Assembly (NCBI GenBank): GCA_050084515.1
Contig: CM114271.1
Location: forward strand, 25,296,001 to 25,360,000
Source: Blasia pusilla
Lineage: Eukaryota
Reading direction: 5' to 3'
Length of the DNA stretch: 64,000 bases
The notes below the pieces were generated by a model that did no database searches, was not told the origin of the DNA, and saw only the letters and a list, made by a program, of their open reading frames with translations. The position numbers and the translations under genes were made by a program. Shown here piece after piece: positions 1 through 13,649 of the stretch; the first letter of the stretch is position 1, and each line of letters starts with the position of its first letter.

Positions 1-846
1 GGCAGATCGGCATCTTCTGTCAAAAAGAGCGTTAAGTCGCAGTATAAATCAGGCAAAGGAGGCAGGAGAAGATAGAACCTCCTATGCTTAGAATTTGCCT
101 TTGGCTATTGCCTCACTACCGTGGAGCCAAGATACTCGAGGTCCTGACGGTTCTGTACGTCTCCTTACGATTTAACACAACTTCTCGTTCCCGCATTGTG
201 GAGGTGGACAACGAGAAACATCTGTCTCTGCATCGGTACTGGCGCATGTGATTTTTTTGGGATCATGGTAGAGTTTTCAAGTCTCGGGCGCATGTGCAGG
301 GACATAACTGAAATTTGTGAAAGCAGGCACGAAGTTCTACTGATTTGTCACCTAACTGATAAAGTCAGGAAAGACTTCTCGCGCAGGAGTGTTAATGAAG
401 AATGTTTCATTCCATACGCCCCAGTAGTCTACTTCATTTTCATGCTTGCTTTCTTTGCTCTCATCTCAAGAACATTCATTTTCGGGTGCGGCTTACATGG
501 AAACCCTATGCACGGGATCAGGTTAATAGGTCTGGATTCTGCATCTTTTGTATGTTAAATTTCCAATCTGTGTACTACCGTACTCTAGACATAATCTTCT
601 GGAGTTCAATTCGCCTCCCAGTCTTGTATATATGAGCATTTTGGTCGACTGAAGGATGATCAACATTCCTATTACTCTCTAACCTTCCATACAGGGAGAA
701 ACCCTCCAAAAGTCCCTGCACAGTTGTACGAATCGGGTGGGAAGCTATCGGTATTCTATCCCAGATTCTAAATCTTGGTAGAATGAGGCGTGAAATAGTG
801 TAATCACAATCTTCACATGATGTAGGAATGTGTTTCTACGCCGCCG

Positions 847-965
847 GGACCTTGACTCTGAGCGCATAAATAGTTTGTGTCTGGACGTTCGGATTATTTA
901 ATCCCAGGACCTTGACTCTGATCGTAGAAGTAGCTTGTGTCTGGACGTTCGGATTATTTAATCCC
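847..965. repeat. 60-bp direct tandem duplication (2 copies)
   Basis: ggaccttgactctga...tgtgtctggacgttcggattatttaatccc occurs at 847 and again at 907. Confidence 0.9.
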
Positions 966-1579
966 TATGACGAAACGGACATTGAATTTCTGTTCATAGG
1001 AGGCGAGATTACAATTCTTAAATTGAAGCCTAGAGGTCTCACAGGAATGGTAGCGCAATCCAATCTCTTATCACAGCCTAGTTCTCGAATGTAAGGCGCC
1101 CTTTGAAGATTCTCTTAGGCCATACTCTCCCTACGCAAACAGCCTCCAGCAGACCATATAATTTCTCTCTGTAGAATCGGACAGTTTGGGAATGTATGCA
1201 TGCCTCGGAATTCTCTTAGGCAAGGAGTTGAATACTCTAGCTGGTGAAATCCAGCTAGAGTATTCAATTCCGCTCCAATTCCGCTCGCCGTTGGCAGTAC
1301 TCGTGTTGGATGTCCTAATCCGAGTTGAGCCTCATATGACATGAGGGGTTCAGGTGTACTGAGTTGTATGTGACACGAGAGGTTCAAGTGGTGCACAAGG
1401 ATATTGTAATGAGGTTGTGCAAATCCAAATGGTGGCACAAGGGAGATTGCTACAAGGAGGAGATGGAGCAGTGGCGAAGAAGACCCATCTCTAACGTCAA
1501 TTTCATGAAGGATGCCAACTTGTCCTCGTTGCCACAGAGATGTGTGGGGCTATAGGGAAGAGGATTGACTAGTTCCTTA

Positions 1580-1925
1580 CGGATTGTGCCCATCATCTCC
1601 AGTACGGATTGTGCTCATCATCTCCAGTCGAGAAATGAGTTATCACTACCTCATGTTTTTATTGTAGGCAACGAGTCTCCATAGCTTTGCAGCGTGCCCA
1701 AGCTAATGGTCTTTTGCGGCGGGCTCAGGCTATGGGAGACCTTGACGCTAGAGAGGCCCACTTAGTGGTGGTCACGTCTCTCTAGGTGTTGTTGATATTG
1801 TCTCTGCCGTTGGTGAGTTTAGCCGATAGGGGGATGTTCCTTTTTCTTTTTCGTGGCCAGTTGTGGCCTTCACTTACTTGACTCTTTGAGTGCCTCCTTT
1901 TGTTTTATTGTGGGTGGGTTTTCCA
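1580..1925 (+). mobile_element. 3'-terminal fragment of a CRE-like (RLE) non-LTR retrotransposon
   Basis: Translates DCAHHLQSR...CRQRVSIALQRAQANGLLRRAQAMG, matching the C-terminus of the larger element at 16.6-16.9 kb (FRQCILAALQRAQALALIRRAEVVG). A T-rich 3' tail follows, and there is an internal 25-bp tandem duplication at ~1578-1627. Confidence 0.6.
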
Positions 1926-3899
1926 TTACCCACTTTTATTGAGACTTCTCACCCAGCCGGGATGCATAAATATGTCCACATATGACCACGGTGAAAGAAC
2001 AAAGATGACATCCCCTTCCAAGCAAAACTCAGTACTAGCACATATAGTATACGTTATGCTTAGAGAAACGTGATTACTATTAAAAAGGGCCTCTAATACT
2101 AATATTTCCTTTGGCATGTTGCAAAGTTATGGAGACTCATTGTCTACAATAATGAATTGTTGTAGTTAATGAAAATCCATTTCTCGAATGGGTGGTAGTG
2201 AACGATAATGCGTTTCTCGAATGGAGATGGTGTAATCCGTGAAGAATGAGTCAAAACCTCTCATCCACAACCCTCATATCTCTATGGCTAGAGGGATGAA
2301 TTGATGTTCTTAGTGAAGTCGACTATAAGGATGGGTTTTCTTCGTCATCGCTATTTGTAACAATCTCCCTTGTGCCACAACATGTGCTTGCATAGACTCC
2401 CTCGTTGAGCAAAATAGAAATATGGGTCATATACAAAACCATGAAAGTACAAGGAGAAAGAACTTGGGAACAACAAGGCGAAGCTCGGCCATGGACAAAG
2501 ATTTTTTTTTGAGAAATCTCTGAAAAGTTTTCCATCCAATAAAGTTAAGTAATAATCAAATTCGATGGGAAGATATTCCCCCAATAATTAACATGGGTGA
2601 TCAACTCAACATATAATCAAGGTGGTGGTGGGTTCTTGGAAAGGAGAAAATAAGATTGCAATTCTCCACGTTGGCATTGTGTGTTAGCCGTATGTTTTCA
2701 TAAGGGTTTCCAAGACTCTTGGAGTCCCCTCTTTGTACTTCACATAGCTTTGTTGGGATGTTGTTCTTCATTCCAAAACAAATAACCCTTGCCACCTACT
2801 CTGCTTCGAGAAAATTGTGTTACAAACACAACTAAGAGCTCTTGGAGAGGAGACATGTGCTTTTGGATTGATTGTAGAAATCAGATCCTTCTATAGTAAT
2901 TAAAAACTCTAATTACGTAGAATAGAATAGAAGAGGAAGCTCAAGTTATTGATGATGTTGTTGTGGATACCACTCTCAAGAGCTAGGATTCTAAGGTCAA
3001 GTTCCACTTCTTGAAACTCAACAATTCGAGTAATGCAGCCAACTTATGGACGTTGGATTCAACTAGCATGGCAGGATCGACTTGGTTCGTGAGAACATCC
3101 CAAGTGGGTAATGACATAAGCAAGCGTAAGAGGACTCTTATGGGGATTGTGAAAGAATTCAAGTGATTGGTTGCCAAATGGAAGGAGGATGTTGACTTAG
3201 GTGGAGGAGAGTCTTACCAAGGTCTATCGAATCAGGAAAATTAAGCCATATCTGTAACTACCTGCGATATTTAGCATGTTGTTAAGGTCGTTGATCTATG
3301 AAGGAAACTTAAGATTTAAAAGTTTATTCAGCTCAAGTTATAATTTACAGTAATGCATTGGATGTTGGGAACATAAGGAACAAATGATTAATGGTATGTT
3401 ACATTTGTCAATGTATGAGACACACATGGTGCCAATGGTGATAATTTAGTACTTGAAGTAGATGGGGCTCTTTTGGGAGAAGTTCAGATCGTGTAGCACT
3501 TTACTGTGGTTTATAATCTTTGGCTCTTGAATGTTGTTGTAAGAGTTCAATTTGATCAATGGGGGCAGGAATTTGGAGGTAGGTGTATTTACCAAACATC
3601 TTCTAACCAACATATGCTCAGTGCTATATACTCAACATTAGTACTCAAGAGAACTACAAACTTTTGTCTCTTAGAAGACCAGCTAGTTGCGCCTTGAGTG
3701 TAGATGAAACAATTGCATGAAGTGGATATATTGGACTCTAGGTTTCCTCCCCACTCAATACTTGAATGAAGAGGTGGGTGAAGAGAGTAGTTGAATTTGA
3801 GATAATGATGTGACTAGGACCTCGAATTATCTCGTAATCAACACACCTTAGGATGCACTAGTTAACACATTTATGAATTTTGGGAGTGACTTATTATGA

Positions 3900-4962
3900 G
3901 GTTTGGCATATATCCATGTTTCACATTGCTCTGTCACTCTATTTGTTAAGGATATTATTTGATTTTTCTCTACGCCTTTGAGGGGCAAACTTCTACCAAG
4001 AAAAAACTTCAATAATAAATCTTCACTACAAGAGTTCTTATTGTCACGTCTTATTTGCAACATAGTTAGAAAAAATTGGAAATGTTGAGAGTCACACCTT
4101 TACAAAGAAATTGCATGTAATGAGTAATTTGTGAGTCAAAGGGAATTTTTGGTTGCATATTGTTCATAAGGCACTCGCATATGAACCTTCACTTTGCGAG
4201 TGCTAAACACAAAATTGAAGATAGTACACTATAATGCACTTAAGATATTTCCAAAAAACTCACTAATTCCCTAAGGGAATATCCTTATTTACAACCACTT
4301 TCCAAGTAGAGTGTTACTCTAATACAAGTTCTAATCACAAAATAATTTCCGATTGCTCGCAAGTAATCTCTAGACTTTTGAATAATTTTCCCAATAAAAG
4401 GAACATGCAAAATTTTATTTTTATTTTATAGTAGGATCCATTGCAATCATTTATAGTAGACATGCAAGCACTCCGACCTTGTTTTGCCAAGGTATCCCTT
4501 CTAGGCTCCTACTTTTGGCCCTCAACCAAAATTTTCATCTTGACTATTTAAAATTTTGCTTTTGGATTTATCCACCCTTGTCCTACCTTCCACTCAGAGA
4601 AAAAAGTGCAAGCCTCACATCTTGCTATCCATATCAGTCCTAGGGATGGACTAGTCTATTTTTGTGCAACTATGATAATGAATCTTTTCTCTATTAACCT
4701 TTTTGTCAAAATTATAAGACAACAATTATAGAATAGGCATTAAATTAACACATTCATGATTTCATCTATTTTGTGCCCAAGATATTCATTGTCTTCATAG
4801 ATTCCCTACTAGCTCCCTAGTCTCGTGACTACCAAGTGTAAGTTCTTCCTTAGTGTTTCCACCAAGTTTCATTCTTCTGTCCCATACAATCATAATTAGT
4901 CTTCAAATTTTATACTAGGGTCCAATAATTGGCTATTTATGAAATATATCTATTGCCCCTAG
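3900..4962 (-). mobile_element. Degenerate LTR-like segment, related to 43201-44350
   Basis: Shares colinear blocks (ttggccctcaacc, cctactagctccctagtctc, caatcataatt) with 43.7-44.3 kb. A purine-rich PPT-like tract lies on the minus strand at ~4955-4962. Left boundary approximate. Confidence 0.4.
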
Positions 4963-5679
4963 TTCATTTGAGGCTACAAACTTCCCCATTTGAGGTTGCA
5001 ACCTTCCTCCCAAAGGTTCCACTTTTAAAAGAAAATATGGTTGACACTAGCCCATTCACTAGGCCACATATGGTACCATCCATAAAAAATACATCATCTT
5101 TACCAATATCATTCGGAAACAAGAAAGATGGTATATAGAAAAGCATGTCTTTCAACCATTATTTTGACATGTTTAGGGAATTTTAATAAACCAAAGTCAA
5201 AAATCTTTCTTCGCCATATTGCCTAGTGCACATACAATTTTTGCATGCCAATGTGTAACATATGGGGCACAAGAGCCCCACATTACCAAACTATTTGTGT
5301 GTACAATTTTTCTCCTTATTTCCAAAATTTTCACATCATCCATTAATGTATATAGACTTACCTTACTTTCAATCGTGTTGCATTCAATAGACGAGATGGA
5401 TGCTGAGGAAAAAAATTTCATTGCTATGGATATGGCACATGTCTTTGGGGATGAGACATCTTCAAGAAAACTTTGAGGTATGGCAAGAAGGAGGAGATCA
5501 AGGCTTAGGGTTGAAATCTCAAACTTAGATTCCAAATCTTGTAAGCCTCATAACCAAATGAGTGTTATACAAAACATTAGAACACGAGTAGAATTACATT
5601 ATGACAGAAAGGCATTGGAATCTTAAAAAGGAAGTGTGAGCCCAAATGGACATCTCATGCATCTCAAATTATGAATATT

Positions 5680-6052
<373 letters not shown>

Positions 6053-6257
6053 TAAATATTGTGATCTAGAAGAGCATGACCAGACATGGGGTAGAACTTG
6101 AGGAGTGGTTCCGTCCCACACGATTGAACTACAACCTACCTTGAAATTTGGCAGAGTGTTTGGTATTTCGCTAAGTTTGAGGTCATGATAGTGAGACCCA
6201 AGATTATTTGATTATGGTAACTTTGGGAAGCTTTCAATGAGCTTAGCTTTTAACGAG

Positions 6258-7137
6258 CATGGTTGCGTAAAAATGGACAAGTCCATCCAATAGATATGGA
6301 TGTTCAAGTCCAAATATGTCCACGGACATGGATTGTAAGAGGTGGGGCCCACACGTTTTACTCGTAATGGGAGGGAGGACAAGGGCGGGTGAGATAGCAA
6401 GGGGGGAGGTAGTGGAGGTGGGAGGAGGAAGCAACGGTTTCATACGGAAAAAGTATGTGTCCGTGGACTTATGTTTGTTCCTAAGATGGACATGTTTGTG
6501 TAGGCTCAGTTTCCCACAACCCGCACCTAGGTCCGCAAGAACCCAACTTGCATATAGATCCACGCTTGAGTCTTGACTAGTCCGCCACCTAGTCCAACAA
6601 CTCGTCGCTCATTCTTGCCACCCATTTTATAGCCCACATTGAGACCGCGCCTAACTCGTAGAGGCTTGCACCAATCCACATAGGGCCTACATCAAGCTTG
6701 TACAAGGCTCATACTAGGCTGGCTGTGGGTCTTGCGTGGGCCTAACACGGCCGGTGTGGGCTAGACAGGCTTGCAGCCTGTACACTTGTTTGATCTTTGT
6801 CTACCTCCTTTAATCCTCGCTCACACGTGTTCTTGGATCTCGAGCTTGCACTAGCGACTAGGATACCCAAAAAACCGAGGCAGGGCATGTCCGTCCCATG
6901 GACGGAAAAGTCCATTTCCATGCAACCTTGCGGACAAATGCAGAATATGAAGGTGAGTGTGGAGACGAGAAAGAGGAAGAGGTGGGCTTCATATGGACAA
7001 GTCTTTCTATAGAGGGACGTAAGTCCAAGGACATGGGCATATTCATTGTGTCCACAAGCAACCGTGGTCCATCCATAAGACAGATGTAAGTTCAAGAACA
7101 AGTTCACGGACATGAACTTTCTCCATATGTAACCTTG
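6258..7137. mobile_element. Composite/nested hAT-type MITE(s)
   Basis: Left TIR catggttgc at 6258; right-type TIRs tgcaaccttg at 6921-6930 and tgtaaccttg at ~7128-7137; ggacatg/gggcccac subterminal motifs shared with the family. No clear TSD. Confidence 0.6.
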
Positions 7138-9408
7138 TTTATAATTTACTTCTGATATTATCATTACCTTTAAATAAACATTTACCGTACGGATGTAACC
7201 ATAATTTATAAAATATGATGTGAGTCATGTGACGAAATAGGTTTCACAATTCATGTAAAATACGAAAGTTAAAGTACAATGACTATCAGATGAGTATGAA
7301 GATTTTTCATTTTAAGTACAAGTTATATTATTTGACTTAAAATAGAAAGTGAAAGGTGTATTTATTTTAATAATCTTTCAAGCCATTGATTCTTTCTAAC
7401 TATTGGATGGCTCTAAGACTTTGGACACTTCCAAATTAATGGTTTGCATTTTGTAAATTATTCAGATCTTTCAATAAATTTTTGAACATAATTAAGCAAA
7501 ATATTTTTGCATCTTATAATTATTTCTTTTGGACATCAAATTCTCTACCTTAAAAAATTAAGTAGCATACTTCCGTTCCATTGATATAGGCTCTTATCTT
7601 TTTCCAAAAGTTTAAATTGAGAATGATGAACTTCTTACTTAAATCATGACGTTCCAACTCACAATGATAATTTATGGTACAAATATATTAGTTTTCATGA
7701 GCTCTTATGTTATAATGTTTTTTCCTACAATTTTAAGACTTTCAAACTTTGCAGAATGCATAAAAAGACTTCTTTGGATTTCATGAAGGAAAATGATACA
7801 AATCTTTTAACCAATTCTCCAAAATATTATAAAAAACTAAATTTTAATGTCCAAAAGTGTCAAAATTTGAATACTCTACAATTTGAATAAACAAGTCTAC
7901 CTAGTCTTTGTCCATTTATGTAGGCCATAAGTTGTTAAAAACATGTAATCATAATTATCAATTTAAAAGTAAATTATATCCTTTAAAATAGTAAGATTAA
8001 ATTCCTACCCTTGATTTATTATTGTGTGGAATCTTTTAATAAAATTTGGCTTCAATTTTTTTGTTCAAATGACTGGATTGATCTGAAAATTTCAAAATTT
8101 TCGAAAAATATAAAGATTATGAAAATTTTAATAAGTCTCACAAATTCACCACTATTCTTACTTGTTTATATATAAGATTTTAGTTGTTGTGGATGTGGAA
8201 CTCTATTTTATAAAAAACTACTTCTTCTTTGGAATCCTTCCATGCAAGCCCTTATTATTGGTGAAGTGAATTTTAGACTGAAGAAATATCCTCCAAGAAC
8301 CATGCTTATATTTGAATTCCATTCAAAATTTCATGCAATAAAAATTTCTTTTAATAAAATTTGGAAAAATCCCTATATCCAACCACTGCGTATATTTTAA
8401 ATTTTATAAGACCCAAAAAATATCTGTTTGGATTATCCAAAGGGTTTAGACTTGTATTTCTCAAAATCTAAGTAACTTTTATTCTAGATGTGAATCCCAA
8501 TTTCATTAAAAAAAACCTACATACTCCTAATCCATCAATTTTTAAAGAATCTGAATATAAAATAGGGTTTAAGAAAGGAGAAATGCACAAGGATGTGTGA
8601 TATCTATGTATACACTTAATATATGAATAGTTAACGAAGAATAGGTTGTGGGTTATTGGTAAGAAGATTCATTTCCGAATCAATGATGCAGGTTTGGAGG
8701 ACGGATGGCAGATTGAATGAAGATAAATTGCAAGCATATAGATCTTTGAATGGAAAGATAGTAGTGGGATATGTTAGAAAACAAAGAAATGATGGATAAA
8801 AAGTTGACGATGAAAGGAAGGATTTACCATTTAGTGGATGTCATCTAAAGGATGTGGAAATCATGAAAATATGAATCATATTTTTCCTTCCATGTATGTC
8901 ATCAAACAATGCTAGTTATCTCAATCATTTAGAAAATGTAATTTGGCTTTTGTATTTCTATGACCAATCAATCATTTTACCTCATGAAATGTGATATATG
9001 ATATTAAGATTGTAAGTAGGTAGGGAAGATAGTATCAAGGCATAGATGGATCCTTAAAAATACTTATTTTAGAAGTTGATTGTGACTTGCTAGTTGTGAG
9101 ATGCACATATGCACCATTTCCTTAAGAGTTTGGTGATACTTAGAGGATCTTGTGAAGAGTTAGTTTATAGAAAATACAAAGTGTAATCCAAGTTGATAGT
9201 AAATTGTTGTTGTAGTGATAAACAATGCACACATGCTATCATGGATTGTACTGATTTCTAGAGAATTCCATATTGGACGTATCATGACGATTCATTATGG
9301 AGTATGTGAATGGAATGGAATTCAAATATCCAAATTAAAATTAAGGTTTGATATAATCATCAAGGTATCTGGAAATAACACATTGATTCAAGTAGTGTGT
9401 CCCCTTCA

Positions 9409-9715
9409 CAAGCTTGCACATGAATTAAGTCCATGTTTGTTGACTTGTTCATATGTAGAGACTTCTGTTTGTCCTATGGAAGGACTCGTTCATGTGAGCC
9501 ACATGTATATGCCCCCTATTTCTCCCTATCTACCCCACTTTCCTACCACTTCCTCCCTCCACTCCCATTCCCTCTTCCCTTGCTTCACTGTCTGTCCTCG
9601 CTCCACCTCCCATCACGAGCAATTAATGTAGGGCCCACCTCTTGCAATTCACGCTTAAGACCTTGTTTTCCCATGTCCTTTCTATAGATGGAGTTTTCTG
9701 TTTTATGCAACCATG
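9409..9715. mobile_element. hAT-type MITE (307 bp)
   Basis: TIRs caagcttgca...tgcaaccatg; 8-bp TSD ccccttca/cctcttca (7/8); reverse-orientation relative of the 5680/6258 copies. Confidence 0.8.
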
Positions 9716-10744
9716 CCTCTTCAACCTTGTAAGAGATTATTGTATGTCTGTTGCTCGTGGTTGATCCACTCTTTTCCATAGGATTTCCAACGAGTGTCAA
9801 ATCTCATCTCAAAAGTTTCCTCCAAATAACGATATTACATTTCTTAGATTTTGGATTTTTTGACACCTAAGACTTCCAATTGGTAACATCCTCAGTAGTT
9901 GCCAACATAAGCGCCCATAGAAGGACATAATTACAATGATCAAATTTGAAGCGATAGATCATCTATATTAAATCCCTAACATACTCCCTCCATTTCCAAA
10001 ATCCCTTTCTATCCTTGATCAATTCGTGGGATTATAGTTGGAGGTTGGATCAACCCATACATTGGATCCTCATCCATCTCTCGGATGTACATTCCTTGCC
10101 AATGGACATCTCACTATTGGGTAGATTGGATCAACATCGGATGAACGCCATTCATTGGGTGATTGAAGCTTGGCCATATCAAAACAATTGAGTAATATAC
10201 TTTTTGTGGCTTGGGAGACCCAAAATCTTGGCTGGTTTCAAGGAATGATGATGGTGTGGATCCTGCAATAATTGCAACATCATTTTATGATCTCTTTTTG
10301 GATTGGTCCTTAACCTTATGAGGATTACTTTATTTCAAATTTGATATATTCCAATTTCTTTTTACTATTTCTTAAAGGTGCATCGCACTGGCATTCTTAA
10401 TTTCTTACTAGTTTTTATGATATTCTAACGTTCTAAAATTTTAATTTAATTTCTTAACATTCTTATCTAAGATATTTTTGAACAAATTAATTCTGAAGTT
10501 TTTTTCGTTGGAAATCATACTATTAAATTATTGATTAAATCATGTTCCTTTTATTATGTCATAATATTCTTTATACTAAATTGAGATTGAAACATTTTTT
10601 CAGCCATCTATGTAAGCTTCTAAAGTGTCACTCATGTTTATTAATATATAAAATTTTCTCAATTCAAAATTTAAATTTCCTTTTTAAAAAGTTCATTCAA
10701 AAACATTCTTGCATAATTTTACTTTTCACGTTCAGTTTGAAGGT

Positions 10745-12660
10745 AAAGTAAATTCATCCTTTGGGAAAAGAAAGAGATTATCTATTTTTCATTTTATCCA
10801 AGTATGTCATCTTAATATGAAATTTATGATATAGCATTATCCAGACATAACTTAGTTTTGTAAACAATGAAAATGGAGTTGTGATCAAAATCCCAAAAAT
10901 AGATAGATGTTCTTGGACCTATCCGATTAAATCTTCTAGCGAAAAAGAGCATGTCAATTTTTTTTATCTTGCTCAAGTATGTGATCTTGACTAAAATTCA
11001 TGCTAGTATATAATCAAAGTGTACCTCACTTTTTTGCAAAATGTCAATGACAATGGAATTGTGACCAAAACCCCACAAATAGATAAGTCATTTTGGAGTG
11101 GCATGCATTACACCTTGTAGGGAAATAGGGTATGTTCATTTTTCATCTTGTTCAAGTATGTCATCTTCATATGAAATTTTGGATATTTCATTATCCAATT
11201 GTAGATAAACTTAATGCAAAATTTCAATGAAAATAGAGTTGATACCAAAAGTCGAAAAATAGGTTAGTGTTTTTGGACCTACGCAATTAAACTTCCTAAG
11301 GAAAGAGGATGTGTACAATTTTTCATCTTATTCAAGTACGTCATCTTCATCTGAAATTTGGAACACTTGATCATTCAAGTGTATCTGAGCTTCTTGAAAA
11401 ATTTCAATGAAAATGGAGCGGTGACCAAAATCCCAAAAATCGAATTTATTTGGATCTATGCGATTAAACCTTTTAAGGAAATAGGATATATACATTTTTC
11501 ATCTTGCTCAAATGTATGATCTTAACCTTAATTTTGGGCCACTTGATCATTCAATTATTTCTCAACTTCAAGAAAAATTTCAATGAGTATTAATTCTCAC
11601 TAACAACCCAAAAATATAAAAGTGTTTTTGGACCCATGGGATTAAATCTTCTAAGAAGAGTACGTCCATTTTTCATCTAGTTAAAGTGTGTGATCTTGAT
11701 CCAAAATTTGGGCCCCTTGATTATCCAAGCATATCTAGGCTTCATTGAAAATTTCAATGAAAATAAATATGTTGCCAAAATTAAAAAATAAAGAAGTTTT
11801 TTTTACTCGTGTTATTCAACCTTGTAAGTAAAGAGAGTGTATCAATTTTTCATCTCGTTTGGGTATGTAAACTTGATGTGAAATTTAGGCCACTTGATCC
11901 TCCAAGTGTGTCTAAGCTTACTACGAAATTTCAATAAAAACATAGTTGTGACAAAACCCCAAAAGAGATAAGTGTTTTTTGAACCGTACGATTAAACCTT
12001 GTAAGGAAAGAAGATCATCTTGTTCACGTATGTGAAATTGATCCAAAATTTGGACCACTTGATCGTATAAATGTATCGTAATGTCCTAAAATGAAAATGG
12101 AGTTGTGATTAAAACCTAAAAAATATAGAAGTCTTTTAAGATTTACATTATTAAACCTTCCAAGGAAAGACGACGTGTCCATTTTTCATTTTGTTCACGT
12201 ATGTGATCGTGATATGAAATTTGGGATACGTGATCATTCAAGTGTATCTAAGCTTTTTGCAAAATTTCAATGAAAATGGAGCTATGACCAAAAGTCAGAA
12301 AATAGATAAATAGTTTTGGACCCAATTTAATTGAACCTTATAACAAAGAGGATGTGTCCATTTTCAGCTTGTCCAAGTATGTGATCTTGATCTGAAAATT
12401 TGCCGTAATTCATTCCACAATTATATTTTAATTTCCTATAACATTTCTATGTAAATGAAGTTGTGATCAAAATCCCAAAACTAGAGAAGTATTTTTGGAC
12501 CTACGCAATTAATTTTTTTGAGGAAAGAGTATATGTCCATTTTTCATGTAGTTCAAGTATGTGATCTTCATCTGAAATTTTGGCTACTTCATCCTCCAAG
12601 TGTATCTAAGCTCCGTACAAATTTTCAACGAAAATAGAGTTGTAACCAAAATTCTGAAGA
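10745..12660. repeat. Diverged ~175-180-bp tandem satellite, ~11 units
   Basis: The motif tttttcatcttg(t/c)tcaagtatgtgatctt...aaatttcaatgaaaatggagttgtgaccaaaa...tttttggacc recurs at ~10785, 10958, 11138, 11318, 11494, 11668, 11844, 12013, 12181, 12360 and 12539. Confidence 0.92.
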
Positions 12661-13649
12661 GAAATAAAAAGATATAGGTGTCTTTTAAAACTACATTTTT
12701 TTTCGGAAAATAGAAGTGCAACCAGATCTTCTATCCTCAAAATAAGACTTTTCAATTCTAGCCTAAATGTAATATAATTCTTTATTATGGAGAATGTTAC
12801 AAAAAGTAATGTGTAAAAGTGACATTCTTATGCAACTCATTACAGAACAAGTTCACAAAATTTATTTAGTACTTTTTTTCACTAACATCACCAATCACTC
12901 TACTACTCTACGTCCATGGTTGGGTCCAATAGTTTAGTTGTAGGGGGTAATTTGGTGGCTCAAGAGTTCTAACTCAGGTGGATTGACAAAAAATCTTATT
13001 GGAATTATTTCATCCTCGGAACAGTGTGAAATATCTCTGCCATTGTTGATAGGTTGAGAGAGTGGAACAACAGGTATGAAAACCTTATTGTCATTAGCTA
13101 GGACTCATTCACTGATTCCACTATTTAAAAATTCAAACATTGTGTAGGAGACTTTCTTCATGGACTCAATGGAATAATTCTAAATTCCTATTGGTGCATC
13201 CATGCAATAATATCATGTTCGTAGGTAGTGTTAGAAGAAATTGTGGTTATATTTGGATTGAACAACAATGGAGGACTTGGATTGAAGTCCTCCACTAATA
13301 TTTTTTTCTCTTCCTTATGCTCTCAAATCCAATTTTCTATTACATATTTATTTTTGTTTCTTCCCTCAAGGCTTAGTCACTGATGAAACACAGACCTCTC
13401 TAAGTCAAAGTGTTTTGTATCGCCTATATGGGTGTCGTGTCTCCCTTCCGTACCATATATTCAACTTATCACATCCATATCCTATAGGTTCTCACCTTGC
13501 AAGTTGAGGTTAGCTGCATGATTACCATCATGGTTTCTTGCATGTAAGTTGGATTCACTACTACCTTCTACAACCCTTCTAGCTTGTCCATATCCATCCT
13601 TTTCAAAGAAGTAGTGTTTGTACAACATTGCTTGGCTTGATTTCTGTGA

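Noticed and set aside
5400-5640. Possible L1-type LINE remnant (GLG...LITK*V), also 8830-8900 (GCGNHENMNHIF)
   Set aside because: Only 2-3 short motifs across broken frames; not enough to call.
10745-12660. CRISPR-like array
   Set aside because: Whole ~178-bp units are homologous; there are no short invariant repeats with unique spacers, no cas genes, and the context is eukaryotic.
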